Part shown: one piece after another, positions 35,492-44,409 of the stretch | Numbering within the stretch: position 1 is the stretch's first letter | How the letters are laid out: every line of letters starts with the position of its first letter | Origin: a virus | Lineage: Duplodnaviria; Heunggongvirae; Uroviricota; Caudoviricetes | Length of the DNA stretch: 64,000 nucleotides | Virus record (IMG/VR): IMGVR_UViG_3300037484_000317 | Direction: 5' to 3' (one strand) | The notes under the pieces: model-generated | Database searches by the model: none | Seen by the model: the letters and a program-made list of their open reading frames with translations, nothing else | Told to the model about the DNA's origin: nothing | Translations under genes and position numbers: made by a program

Positions 35492-35674
35492 ATGAACATG
35501 TCTGAACACAAAGAGGATCGAGTCTTCAAGAAGGCAATCAAGAGCGCACTCATCGGTGTGCGTGAACGACTGACGAACGGGGATATAGATGGCGTGGAGA
35601 AGGGTCTTCGGGAGGCAGCCGAGATGACTGAGGTATTCCGGATTCGGTTCAATGAGCGGAATACTCACGGATAG
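35492..35674 (+). CDS. hypothetical small protein
   Basis: Internal ATG (MNMSEHK…). Confidence 0.4.
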   Translation: MNMSEHKEDRVFKKAIKSALIGVRERLTNGDIDGVEKGLREAAEMTEVFRIRFNERNTHG

Positions 35675-35686
35675 GGGGCGAAGACA

Positions 35687-35992
35687 ATGAAGGTTCTGAA
35701 GAAGGGTACGCCTCAAAAGGGATGGGCCAAAAAGTACGACTGTTCCGGGAATGGGAACAGAGGTGGCGGATGCGGGGCCAAGTTGCTCGTGGAGCAGAAC
35801 GATGTGTTCCGGACCGCGTCTCATCACTACGATGGTAGCAATGAGGCCTACAACACATTCAGGTGTCCTGAGTGCGGAGTCTGGACGGACATTCCTATGG
35901 GGGATGTAGGATTCGACGTACGGTTGTTGGATCCGCAGAGAGATGGTAAGAAGAGTGGCGCCCCATTGATCCCTGAATCTGATCCCCTTTGA
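35687..35992 (+). CDS. zinc-ribbon protein
   Basis: CSGNGNRGGGCG…CPECG. Confidence 0.5.
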   Translation: MKVLKKGTPQKGWAKKYDCSGNGNRGGGCGAKLLVEQNDVFRTASHHYDGSNEAYNTFRCPECGVWTDIPMGDVGFDVRLLDPQRDGKKSGAPLIPESDPL

Positions 35993-36237
35993 TTAGTGAC
36001 GACAGGCGAGCGCGCGCCAAGCAACGCGGAGCGTGTGACGCACCGTGGACGTGTGCACCGGCCCCAGGAGACGTGGGACTTGATCTTCGCGCCACGTGCC
36101 CGAAGTGCAGCAGGCGGGTAGCTGTGACACGCGGTGGCCGGTACGCAAACCACAACTCAGTGGATAGGCGTAAGGTAGCCTATGAATCAGCCTCCCAGCT
36201 ACACCGGATTCCCAAGTCCTTCCCTTCAACTGATTGA
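35989..36237 (+). CDS. possible zinc-ribbon protein (TTG start)
   Basis: CDAPWTC…CPKC; overlaps the next ORF by 55 nt. Confidence 0.25.
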   Translation: MISDDRRARAKQRGACDAPWTCAPAPGDVGLDLRATCPKCSRRVAVTRGGRYANHNSVDRRKVAYESASQLHRIPKSFPSTD

Positions 36238-36778
36238 GGAAGTGATAGAACAGTGTGGTGGGGATGAGTCGTGGCCTGTCAGTGCCAAACTCCTTGTTCA
36301 TAGATTACGGGCGGAGATTGCCCGTTGGCGGAATGGGACTTATCACCCTGACCCGAAGACAAATGCCGAGATCCTAGCCGACCTTGAGGAAGGTCGGGCA
36401 GTAGACCGCTCTGCCGGGATTGTTGAGGGTTGGCACAAGAGCCAGGGTGGGTATGAAATCCAGACCCTGACCACCCTCTCGATCAAAGTTGTTCGAATCA
36501 ATCGGCCTATTACCCCCACCACTGATCATTTTGTGCATGTCCTGGTAGAACGCAGGGGATGCCAAGGCCACTTTGCGCTCATGTCCCGGGACATGACCAG
36601 AGAAGAAGCTGAGTCATTTGCCCACGATCTTGGATACGACTTTGAGGGCTGCACACCGCTCTGCATTCACTGCGGAGACACGGGAGTCCTTCTAGAAGTG
36701 AGTCCAGGTGATGTTCCCCGAGAGCGCAAATGCCCTTGTGTTTCAAACGATAACAAAGAGGTCTATGGATCAGAGTGA
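36182..36778 (+). CDS. hypothetical protein with C-terminal Cys cluster
   Basis: 198-aa ORF containing CTPLCIHCGDTG…CPC. Confidence 0.5.
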   Translation: MNQPPSYTGFPSPSLQLIEEVIEQCGGDESWPVSAKLLVHRLRAEIARWRNGTYHPDPKTNAEILADLEEGRAVDRSAGIVEGWHKSQGGYEIQTLTTLSIKVVRINRPITPTTDHFVHVLVERRGCQGHFALMSRDMTREEAESFAHDLGYDFEGCTPLCIHCGDTGVLLEVSPGDVPRERKCPCVSNDNKEVYGSE

Positions 36779-38402
36779 CATGCAGAAGGCACTTGTTGGG
36801 CAACATGACAAACTCATGGGACTGATTCGTAGTCGAGCCAAGGACTTGGCTGCTTCAATCGATACGTGGCTTCGTACCGAGTACAGAGAGCCGGAAGAGA
36901 CGATGCCCAAGGTCAAGGATGGAGAAGGAGGCCCGACAGCCATGTACTACGACCTGGCTGTCAAGTACGAGAAGATGCAACAACGGGCAGAGGCCGCAGA
37001 GAAACGTACTGAGGATGTGGTTAGAGCCATTAGCAAGGCCATTACCGGTGAGGACCGTGGGATCGATACTCTGAAGTTGGTCGGTGGTAGATTACTGAAG
37101 CTGATCAAGAAGCACACTGCCAATCATCAACAGGTTGATGAGATGAGGCAATATCTGGCCGCTTTTGACATCGAGATTCGAAATCTGCACCGTAGTCTCA
37201 AAATTGCCGAGGCAAAGTGCCTGTGCGAGCCCACCGACGCGTGCAAGACGCATGGTCGGTGCTGGACTCATAGCAAGGAGGATCTCTCCGAAACATTTGG
37301 AGAGGCCGCAGAACGTCTTGGCATCCTAGATCGTGGGGAATACGAGGAAATCACAGGCGGCACCTACCCACTAGAGAATGATGAGGGATGGGGCTGCACG
37401 TGCATGCTGAACGAAGAGGGGGACATGATTGTGATGATTAGCGCTACCTGTCCCAAGCATGGGGGTTCCGCAGGCTTTCAACCGATGAGGTCCCGGCAGG
37501 GTTGGCCAAGGATCTTGAAAGTGAAGCCCTTCCTGTGCCCCGTATGCAACCGCAAGATGCTAGCCAATGGTGCCAGCTACAAGTGCTCGAACTGCGGTAA
37601 CACAGAACTTCGTTCGTGCACTTGTGAGTGGTCCATGGTCGAATCCGATGTGATCGAGAAGCTGAATCCCACTTGTCCAATGCACGGGGATGAACCCACT
37701 CGTGTGCGGATGGAACCTCCGGAAAAGGAACAGGACCGCGCGAACCGGATGCATGAGGGCATTGCCCGTACCATAGAGGAGGCGGAGTCCCTTCTTCACA
37801 TGGTGGGGCTCCCTGCTACCTTGTGGCCCTCGTTCACGCTTGAAGGATCTGGCGGTGTGGTCGCCTACAGCAAGAAGGAGTTTGATGACCTGATCCGAGA
37901 GTGTTTTCGACTGAGTGTGACACACGAGTGTCGGATACTCGGGTTTGTCTCTGGTGCCAAAGAGGTCATGAAGAGCAGGTATCTCCCTCGTGGATCCAGT
38001 GTGGAAGAGATCATGGAAAGAGTCTCGGACAGACTTGGGGCACAACCGCAAGAGAAGGCTGAGTCTGTCTCCGCTCGCAAGGCAGATAGAGCCGCTTGTA
38101 CCGTAGAAGAAGCAGAAGCCATTGTCGCAGAGATTGGCTTCCCTGTTATCCTGATCCCATCTCTCTCGCTTGATGAGAGAACCATTACTGCCGCTACAGA
38201 CAGGGAAGAATTCAACAAGCAACTCCCAATAGTCTTCGGGCGAAGTCCAGTTCATGAGATTCGAATTGTCAAGTTGGGTCCCGTGCGCTTTCTTCTGGAT
38301 GACTTGAGACAGGCTCGGAAGCTGTGCGGGACTGTGGATTACTCCTCCAGCCAGGAAGCTCTTTTGAAGTTCTGGCAATCCATGCGGAGTGTTCTAGGAT
38401 GA
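36765..38402 (+). CDS. large hypothetical protein with internally repeated Cys modules and duplicated C-terminal segments
   Basis: Repeats GWGCTCMLNEEGDMIVMISATCPKHGG / RSCTCEWSMVESDVIEKLNPTCPMHGD, and TIEEAESLLHMVGLPATLWPSFTLEG / TVEEAEAIVAEIGFPVILIPSLSLDE. Confidence 0.55.
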   Translation: MDQSDMQKALVGQHDKLMGLIRSRAKDLAASIDTWLRTEYREPEETMPKVKDGEGGPTAMYYDLAVKYEKMQQRAEAAEKRTEDVVRAISKAITGEDRGIDTLKLVGGRLLKLIKKHTANHQQVDEMRQYLAAFDIEIRNLHRSLKIAEAKCLCEPTDACKTHGRCWTHSKEDLSETFGEAAERLGILDRGEYEEITGGTYPLENDEGWGCTCMLNEEGDMIVMISATCPKHGGSAGFQPMRSRQGWPRILKVKPFLCPVCNRKMLANGASYKCSNCGNTELRSCTCEWSMVESDVIEKLNPTCPMHGDEPTRVRMEPPEKEQDRANRMHEGIARTIEEAESLLHMVGLPATLWPSFTLEGSGGVVAYSKKEFDDLIRECFRLSVTHECRILGFVSGAKEVMKSRYLPRGSSVEEIMERVSDRLGAQPQEKAESVSARKADRAACTVEEAEAIVAEIGFPVILIPSLSLDERTITAATDREEFNKQLPIVFGRSPVHEIRIVKLGPVRFLLDDLRQARKLCGTVDYSSSQEALLKFWQSMRSVLG

Positions 38403-38436
38403 CAGCGTTCCTGACTGTCAATGAGGTATAACAACT

Positions 38437-38688
38437 GTGGCAAACCACCAAGCCTGCGATGACTGCGGCAACCCCCAGCACGCCGAGTACGCCCTGAAGA
38501 AAGAGCGATGGCTCGCGGTCGCCAGGATCGAAGAGATCCTCTGTCTTGACTGCTTAGGCCGCCGGATGGTAATTCGGTATCCAACGGTCAGGTTGACGCT
38601 GCCCGATTTTGAGTTCCTATCGGTAGGCGGATCAATCCTGATCGACTCCAATCCCGGTACTCCCGGGGGTCCTGTTGATGGAACCTAA
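38437..38688 (+). CDS. hypothetical small Cys-containing protein
   Basis: 83-aa ORF with a GTG start. Confidence 0.4.
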   Translation: MANHQACDDCGNPQHAEYALKKERWLAVARIEEILCLDCLGRRMVIRYPTVRLTLPDFEFLSVGGSILIDSNPGTPGGPVDGT

Positions 38689-38866
38689 GAGACACCCTGG
38701 AGCATCTCCATCGGCACCATGGGGACAGCACCCAGTGGTTGCAAGAGAATAGGCGTAAGGAGATCCTGGCGCTTGAAAAGAGCGGCCACGTGGAAAACAC
38801 CGGACGTGGAAGTACGTTCTTGACGGATGGGGGCCATCGCGCTCTTGGCTGTCGCTAGGGGACCAA

Positions 38867-39220
38867 ATGAAAGATATGCTGGAATCAATCTACGGCACCA
38901 CCTTCGCGGCTAGCTTTGCGGAAGTGGTTTTCATCATAGCAGAGGCAAGGAAAATTACTCCAGATGACGTTATTGGTGATGACCAGGAACGCCGATTCTG
39001 TGGAGCTGTGGCCTCTCGTGTAGCAGCCGCTGCTGTGACCACTTGGAAAGAGATCAATGCCGAACGTGCCCCAGACCCGGCGTCTTTGGGATTCTGCGCA
39101 CGTGCGGACCAGCGCTCAGAGTATCGGGAAGTGACTGGAAAGGATGTTGGTACACCCCCAAGACCCAGACGTACTGGGTCGAGCTTCACTCCTTCATTCC
39201 AGGATGGTGAGGACGTATGA
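38867..39220 (+). CDS. hypothetical protein
   Basis: 117-aa ORF. Confidence 0.45.
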   Translation: MKDMLESIYGTTFAASFAEVVFIIAEARKITPDDVIGDDQERRFCGAVASRVAAAAVTTWKEINAERAPDPASLGFCARADQRSEYREVTGKDVGTPPRPRRTGSSFTPSFQDGEDV

Positions 39221-39582
39221 CTCTCAATAGATACGACCAAGCATATGCGGAGGCCGCTGGAAGAGTGGCCCTCAAGGGCTATCCACCTACTCCCTGCAAG
39301 TCTTACGCTATGCTGCGCCCTCTGGAGCCCGGAAAGATCGTATGGGAGGAGTCCACACCCAACCACCATGTGGCCTATCTGGATGAGGGGCACAACGTTT
39401 GTATTGAGGTGATTCGGAACCGTAGCTGGAAGAAACTAGGATTGGTATGGAACATCGTGATGTTCGGCAACCCGCATACCGGTTTTCCTCCTCATGACAG
39501 CCTAGATAGCGCAAAGAGAACTGCCGAGATCGAGAGCCTTCTATTGATCCGATTGATGGCTGAACGAATGGGGATGGAATAG
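39217..39582 (+). CDS. hypothetical protein
   Basis: 121-aa ORF. Confidence 0.45.
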   Translation: MTLNRYDQAYAEAAGRVALKGYPPTPCKSYAMLRPLEPGKIVWEESTPNHHVAYLDEGHNVCIEVIRNRSWKKLGLVWNIVMFGNPHTGFPPHDSLDSAKRTAEIESLLLIRLMAERMGME

Positions 39583-39584
39583 CT

Positions 39585-40175
39585 GTGGCACGGTGGAAAG
39601 ACTCAGTGGGGGACACTATGAGCCGATGGCAAGATGCGTATTCCGTGGGTGACAATGTTGAGGTGAGAACCATGCCAGAGAATCCATGGTTCCCAGCAAA
39701 GGTGAGCCGATTCGACCGCGACACCATTTACGTGTCCGTTCCTGGAGAATCTAGGGAGATGGCTGTGCGACGTCGTTCGGACATCAAGGTAGAGGACGAA
39801 GAGGAACCATTTGCAGCGCCGCTGGAAGAAGAGATTCTAGAAGAGGCACGTCGAAATCTGAGCCTGGCTTTGAGTCTGGAAACAGAGACCAGCGATGGGA
39901 TCCTTATGGCCCACGTTCGGGAAGCCTTGCGTCTGATTGGTGGTGCTATTCGTGATCGGGGACGTGAGGGTCCTTACCCGATCACGATGGAGGCTACTCA
40001 GGACCGAAGGCTGGAGTCTGCCGAACTGGAACTCAAGAGGTTGAGTTCCGAGTACGAGAGCCTGAATACACGCCTGAGGCAGGCAGAGGCAGCAAACGAA
40101 AAATCCATCTTTGAGATCGGCAAACTGCGCACACAGATAGAGGATGTCCGCGCAGGCAGGCAAAGGATACGGTAA
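39585..40175 (+). CDS. hypothetical protein, Tudor/SH3-like N-terminal segment plus coiled coil
   Basis: WQDAYSVGDNVEVRTMPENPWFPAKVSRFDRDTIYVSVPG, then a coiled-coil stretch. Confidence 0.45.
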   Translation: MARWKDSVGDTMSRWQDAYSVGDNVEVRTMPENPWFPAKVSRFDRDTIYVSVPGESREMAVRRRSDIKVEDEEEPFAAPLEEEILEEARRNLSLALSLETETSDGILMAHVREALRLIGGAIRDRGREGPYPITMEATQDRRLESAELELKRLSSEYESLNTRLRQAEAANEKSIFEIGKLRTQIEDVRAGRQRIR

Positions 40176-40381
40176 TGAAAGCCATCACGATGAGTGACGT
40201 TCAGGAGATTGCGATCAGGACAGATCACGGACATGGGTGTCCGGGGGCAAACCCGTGCACAAGTCCGTACTGCACCCTGTCCCACAAGTCCAAGACCTGC
40301 GTACCGTGTGTTCTTTTAGCGGAGATTGATGCCTTGCGTGGTCGACTCCAGGCCGAGATTAACGCTGTGATGGGAGACTGA
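40175..40381 (+). CDS. small protein, AEIDALR family member 2
   Basis: MKAITMS… LLAEIDALRGRLQAEI. Confidence 0.45.
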   Translation: MKAITMSDVQEIAIRTDHGHGCPGANPCTSPYCTLSHKSKTCVPCVLLAEIDALRGRLQAEINAVMGD

Positions 40382-40386
40382 GACAG

Positions 40387-40653
40387 ATGCCAATAGATCC
40401 ACAGACCAAGTCTTTGGAAACCATTCGAGAGATTGGTTTCGACAACACATTCCATGTTGGGCGGGGGCACACTGAGGTAGTCTTCTTTCTTGGGCCGCAC
40501 ATGCTGGATGGTCGTGAACGATCCGATCACGCAACAGAAGAGGCGCTCCTGGATTTCATCGACTACTGGGAAAATCAGATCCAGGTAGCCAAAGACTACC
40601 TGGCCAACGATCGAGACAGCAACACACATAGTTGGATTCGAAGGGGGACCTGA
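40387..40653 (+). CDS. hypothetical protein
   Basis: 88-aa ORF. Confidence 0.4.
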   Translation: MPIDPQTKSLETIREIGFDNTFHVGRGHTEVVFFLGPHMLDGRERSDHATEEALLDFIDYWENQIQVAKDYLANDRDSNTHSWIRRGT

Positions 40654-41666
40654 TGGAGATCACATTTTGGGGAGTCCGTGGTTCGGTTCCATCGCCCATG
40701 GTTGGACAGGAGGTCGAAGACAAGATCTTCGGTGGCATCGCTGAGGCTCTTGCTGCCGGACTACCACGTGGTGCTTCCTCTGACGAGATACGAGCTTTCA
40801 TCAAGAGCCTCCCGTTCTCGAAGAGGTCTACTCACGGAGGCAATACCACGTGCGTAGAAGTACGGTGCGGGAACACTCCAATCATTCTCGACATGGGCAC
40901 GGGTCTGCGGGAGCTGGGTACTCGACAGATGCAGGAACTCTTCAAGACCAAGAGTCTACTGGGCCACATCCTCCAGAGTCACGTTCATTGGGACCACATT
41001 CAAGGCGTCCCATTCTGGAAACCTCTCTATGCCCCTCGCCGTATGTTCCCCAACTGCCAGTTTACATTTTACGGCGGCAAGGAATGGGAGTTGGATTTGC
41101 AGGCGGCCCTCAAGCAACAGATGCAGGGGCAGGTCTTCCCGGTTCAGTTCGAAGAGATTCGACGTATCGGTATGACCATGCAGTTCGAGACTGTGTTCGA
41201 TGCGTGGTCTACAGTGTTGGCTACAGAGGACTCTAGTGTTCACGTTCTTGCCCGAAAGCTGAACCATCCGCAAGAGACATTTGGATACCGTCTCACGTAC
41301 GGAAAGAACGGAACCCCGCAGCAAAAGACTGTAGCCTTCACCACGGACCATGAACCATACTCTAGGGGTATCCCGAAAGGTTTAGTGGAGTTGGTGAGGG
41401 AGGCAGACGTGTGGATCACAGACTGCCAGTACACACTCCATGAGTACACAGGGCAAGTCGGTGGGGTACAGAAGTTTGGCTGGGGACATTCTTTCCCGGA
41501 GTACATCGCCACGGTGGCGAATGAGGCCAAGCCCAAGATGATCATCACCACGCACCACGATCCAGAAGCTTCGGATGAGGCTATCGAGGCCATCGCTGCC
41601 GCTGTACAATCCGATTGCGGCATTCCAACGATGCCTGCCTTTGAAGGTCTGTCGTTCACTGTCTAA
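40632..41666 (+). CDS. MBL-fold metallo-hydrolase (RNase Z/PhnP-like phosphodiesterase family)
   Basis: HxHxDH motif SHVHWDHIQG; a second His/Asp cluster lies downstream. Confidence 0.6.
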   Translation: MDSKGDLMEITFWGVRGSVPSPMVGQEVEDKIFGGIAEALAAGLPRGASSDEIRAFIKSLPFSKRSTHGGNTTCVEVRCGNTPIILDMGTGLRELGTRQMQELFKTKSLLGHILQSHVHWDHIQGVPFWKPLYAPRRMFPNCQFTFYGGKEWELDLQAALKQQMQGQVFPVQFEEIRRIGMTMQFETVFDAWSTVLATEDSSVHVLARKLNHPQETFGYRLTYGKNGTPQQKTVAFTTDHEPYSRGIPKGLVELVREADVWITDCQYTLHEYTGQVGGVQKFGWGHSFPEYIATVANEAKPKMIITTHHDPEASDEAIEAIAAAVQSDCGIPTMPAFEGLSFTV

Positions 41667-41678
41667 TTGGAGCCCGAC

Positions 41679-41960
41679 ATGAAACCACTTACGATGACAG
41701 CTGGACGAGAAGAGTATCTTCGCAAGATCATGGAAGGTGGGGTCATCCTTCTGGCCAATGAGAGGGCGGAGATCATTGCGGAGATTGACGCACTTAGGAT
41801 CCACGCTGATTCCTTGCGTGCAGCTGCGGAACGCGTGAGTACAACTCAGAGAGCACTTCGTGAAGTATCTGTGGGCCCTGGGGCTGGTCAGATGATGAAA
41901 CTGTTCGAGGAATCCGCCAGGGACTCTTTGGATGCACTAGATAAGGTTCTGGGAGTCTGA
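41679..41960 (+). CDS. small protein, MKPLTMT/AEIDALR family member 3
   Basis: ATG after a TGGAGC RBS. MKPLTMT… IIAEIDALRIHADSL. Confidence 0.45.
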   Translation: MKPLTMTAGREEYLRKIMEGGVILLANERAEIIAEIDALRIHADSLRAAAERVSTTQRALREVSVGPGAGQMMKLFEESARDSLDALDKVLGV

Positions 41961-42026
41961 CGTGACCGACTCTTCCCTAGATACCCAGCCTTCATCCAGA
42001 AGAGTAGGCGACAACCGGAGTGATCC

Positions 42027-42614
42027 ATGGCTCATTACTACTCGCTTGATCACCTAGTCACTTTCATCGAGGGTCCCAACGGTGAAGCGTGCTGCCGTAT
42101 TCTCGCTGACCACAGGAAGCTTTTCCAGGTTGTGCAAGGCTCGACGAACAATCACCAGGCATGGGCCGGTGGCTACTTCGATCACGTGCAAGAGGTAATG
42201 AACATCGCTATCGTGCTCTACAACAAGCTGCACGAAATCCGTGAGCTGCCGTTCACTGAATCTGACACTCTCTTGATCCTGTTCCTCCACGACATTGAGA
42301 AGCCGTGGAAGTACGAGTTGAAGGACGGCATCCTCTTCCACGTTCCCTCTCTGGAGACGAAGGATCAGGCTCACGAGTTCCGCGCTGCGAAGCTCCGCGA
42401 GTACGGGATCGTGCTCACGGAGGAGCAGCAGAACGCTCTGCGATACGTTGAGGGGGAGTTCGAAGACTACTCCTCTCGCCGGAGAGTCATGGGGCCGCTT
42501 GCAGCTCTCTGTCACATGGCAGACGTGGCCAGCGCTCGAATCTGGTTTGACCACCCGAAGGAATTCTCGGACGATGAGCCGTGGTTGGACGCAGGACGAC
42601 AACGTGACAAGTAA
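42027..42614 (+). CDS. HD-domain phosphohydrolase (YfbR-like 5-prime-deoxynucleotidase family candidate)
   Basis: H…HD motif: GGYFDHVQEVMNIA … LILFLHDIEKPW. Confidence 0.6.
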   Translation: MAHYYSLDHLVTFIEGPNGEACCRILADHRKLFQVVQGSTNNHQAWAGGYFDHVQEVMNIAIVLYNKLHEIRELPFTESDTLLILFLHDIEKPWKYELKDGILFHVPSLETKDQAHEFRAAKLREYGIVLTEEQQNALRYVEGEFEDYSSRRRVMGPLAALCHMADVASARIWFDHPKEFSDDEPWLDAGRQRDK

Positions 42615-42843
42615 GGCAGTGCTTGATCAGGAATTCTTCTGCCCTGGTTGCGGTCAGAAGAAGGCGGAATGCGCGTGTCCTGAGTGTCCAATCTGCCACC
42701 ACAAGGTCGATCCTACCTATTGTTATTGTGGATCCCCCAAGGAAGAGCACGGTGGCTATGAGGGTCATCCTTTCGTTCCAAATGGGTGTGGTTGTGGATT
42801 CAATCAAAGCGTGGATAGTGACAAGGACGATACCCCATGGTGA
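42604..42843 (+). CDS. small Cys-rich protein
   Basis: GTG start overlapping the upstream stop. CPGCGQKKAECACPECPICHH…CYCG. Confidence 0.35.
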   Translation: MTSKAVLDQEFFCPGCGQKKAECACPECPICHHKVDPTYCYCGSPKEEHGGYEGHPFVPNGCGCGFNQSVDSDKDDTPW

Positions 42844-43052
42844 ACGAAAATCTCTGCACTGCCAAGTACGTGGGATGTCTGGCAAGTCCTTGCAAAGAGT
42901 CCGTGTGTCCCCCAATGTGCCAGAGTTGTATCAATCAAGAGGTGACCTATGCTCGTCAACGAGTCAGTGTTCTACGTTGCGAGTTGGAGGTACATCGTCT
43001 TGAATTGGCACGACTTGGTTATGACGCTTCCCACAAGGTAGCTTCAAAGTGA
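42837..43052 (+). CDS. small Cys-rich protein
   Basis: 71-aa ORF. Confidence 0.35.
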   Translation: MVNENLCTAKYVGCLASPCKESVCPPMCQSCINQEVTYARQRVSVLRCELEVHRLELARLGYDASHKVASK

Positions 43053-43063
43053 GACCCTAAGCG

Positions 43064-43285
43064 ATGGCACTGACCCAACGAGAGAAAAACCTTCGACCTG
43101 TCATCCAGAGGCATGCTGGTACGTTGAACTGGGAAGTGTCACGCGTCGAGTGCCGTGGATGCAGCTATGGTCGTGGACGCACAAGAGAGGCAGCTCTAGT
43201 GGCGTGGTGTGCAGATGTGAACAGGCGTAGGGAAATGGGCGAAGAGGTAGCGCCCATCCCAGAGATGCCCAACCGGGCAAACTGA
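43064..43285 (+). CDS. hypothetical small protein
   Basis: 73-aa ORF. Confidence 0.4.
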   Translation: MALTQREKNLRPVIQRHAGTLNWEVSRVECRGCSYGRGRTREAALVAWCADVNRRREMGEEVAPIPEMPNRAN

Positions 43286-43286
43286 T

Positions 43287-43328
43287 CATGTAAATGTTGG
43301 ATCCCCATCCGTTACATGGGTGAGGATC
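43287..43328 (+). promoter_or_regulatory. conserved bipartite promoter motif upstream of the 43333 paralog
   Basis: CATGTAAAT-N13-CCGTTACATGGGTGAGGA, then ATG. Confidence 0.5.
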
Positions 43329-43332
43329 CAAC

Positions 43333-43638
43333 ATGGAAAACGAGAAACCCAACGAATGCGCTGTGGTAGGGACCAAGGACGGTCCTGTCTCCGCGTGGCG
43401 CAAGCCCGACTCGTTCTGGGACCCGGACACGAAGCGGCGGCCGACGTTCAGCATCGTCGGATCTTCCCCGTGGGGTGCGTGGTCGGCCTTCATGAGGGAC
43501 GGACGGTTCGCCCACGGCTACACGTATCCCGAGGGGGCTCCGACCGTGGGGCGCTCTGCAATCCGCCGTGCGGTATCCAAGCTGTACGTCATGGAAGAGG
43601 CCGCGCTGGAGGCCCGACACCCCGTGGTGGCGACGTGA
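43333..43638 (+). CDS. hypothetical protein, paralog of 17545..17835
   Basis: GTKDGPVSAWRKPD…VGSSPWGAWSAFMRD…YPEGAPTVGRSAIRRAVSKL. Confidence 0.5.
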   Translation: MENEKPNECAVVGTKDGPVSAWRKPDSFWDPDTKRRPTFSIVGSSPWGAWSAFMRDGRFAHGYTYPEGAPTVGRSAIRRAVSKLYVMEEAALEARHPVVAT

Positions 43639-43919
43639 TCACCGCCTCCCAATTGCGTAGCCTGTGCCCGACCGACCGGGTGTACGTCCGGTCCACGGAG
43701 GACGCTGACTGGTTCCGTGCCGAGGTCAAGGTCATAGGCCGTGCCCCTGGGCGGGGTAGGCCAATGGCTGCGTACTGTCGTCCAGTGGACGATTCTAGTG
43801 GGGTCAAGGTGCCCGCTTGGTACCGGCGCATCGACATTCGGCTGGATGCACCTAGCTCTGGTGGTTCTAGCGTCCGATTTGTCGAGAGACTCTGTGCCGA
43901 GTGCTCTGGAAAGGCGTAA
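43635..43919 (+). CDS. hypothetical protein
   Basis: The GTG start overlaps the upstream stop (GTGA). Confidence 0.4.
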   Translation: MITASQLRSLCPTDRVYVRSTEDADWFRAEVKVIGRAPGRGRPMAAYCRPVDDSSGVKVPAWYRRIDIRLDAPSSGGSSVRFVERLCAECSGKA

Positions 43920-43926
43920 TCGGAAC

Positions 43927-44409
43927 ATGACCCCCACGCAAGAGGACATCCTTCGAGTGCTTCAACCAAACATCGGTCTGAACACCACTGCGATCTCGTT
44001 TCTGCTCAAGTGGACAGACCCACGGTCTGGACAGCAAAGGGTTCGTGCCGTCTCGAAGGCTCTCCAATCTATGTGGAAGGAAGGCCTTGTTCGACAGCAC
44101 GGTAGGAAGTGGGAGATCACGACGGATGGACAGATCAGCATCGCCTCTGAGAAGACGAAGGCGGTGATCTCTGGTCTCTCAGAACTAGTTCGGAAAGAAC
44201 AACTCTGTCTCTCGTCCTTCGTGATCCACTGGATTCGCTCTATGTTCGATGAGAACGATACTACAGGCCCACGAGTGGCCTACTTCGAGTTGCTCTCTTC
44301 GATCACAGACAGCGATATTGCCAGGATGCTGAACACCTATGGGCAAAGAAAGCACTGGTCGAAAAACTACTTGGAGTTTTTGGGACAAGCCAACAGGCAG
44401 GACACATGA
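43927..44409 (+). CDS. winged-helix-like DNA-binding protein
   Basis: Internal ATG. ILRVLQPNIGLNTTAISFLLKWTD…VRAVSKALQSMWKEGLV. Confidence 0.45.
   Translation: MTPTQEDILRVLQPNIGLNTTAISFLLKWTDPRSGQQRVRAVSKALQSMWKEGLVRQHGRKWEITTDGQISIASEKTKAVISGLSELVRKEQLCLSSFVIHWIRSMFDENDTTGPRVAYFELLSSITDSDIARMLNTYGQRKHWSKNYLEFLGQANRQDT

Noticed and set aside
38410-38440. Possible leaderless sigma70 promoter (TGACT…TATAAC 4 nt before the GTG start)
   Set aside because: The -35/-10 spacing is only about 10 nt and the +1 position does not coincide with the start codon. This is likely coincidental.
38689-38866. 178-bp ORF-free gap as a possible ncRNA or second interrupted gene
   Set aside because: Only short frames (22-34 codons) are present and there is no convincing hairpin or conserved motif. 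The gap could hold a tiny wH-like peptide (…EILALEKSGHVENTGRGSTFLTDGG), but the evidence is too weak.
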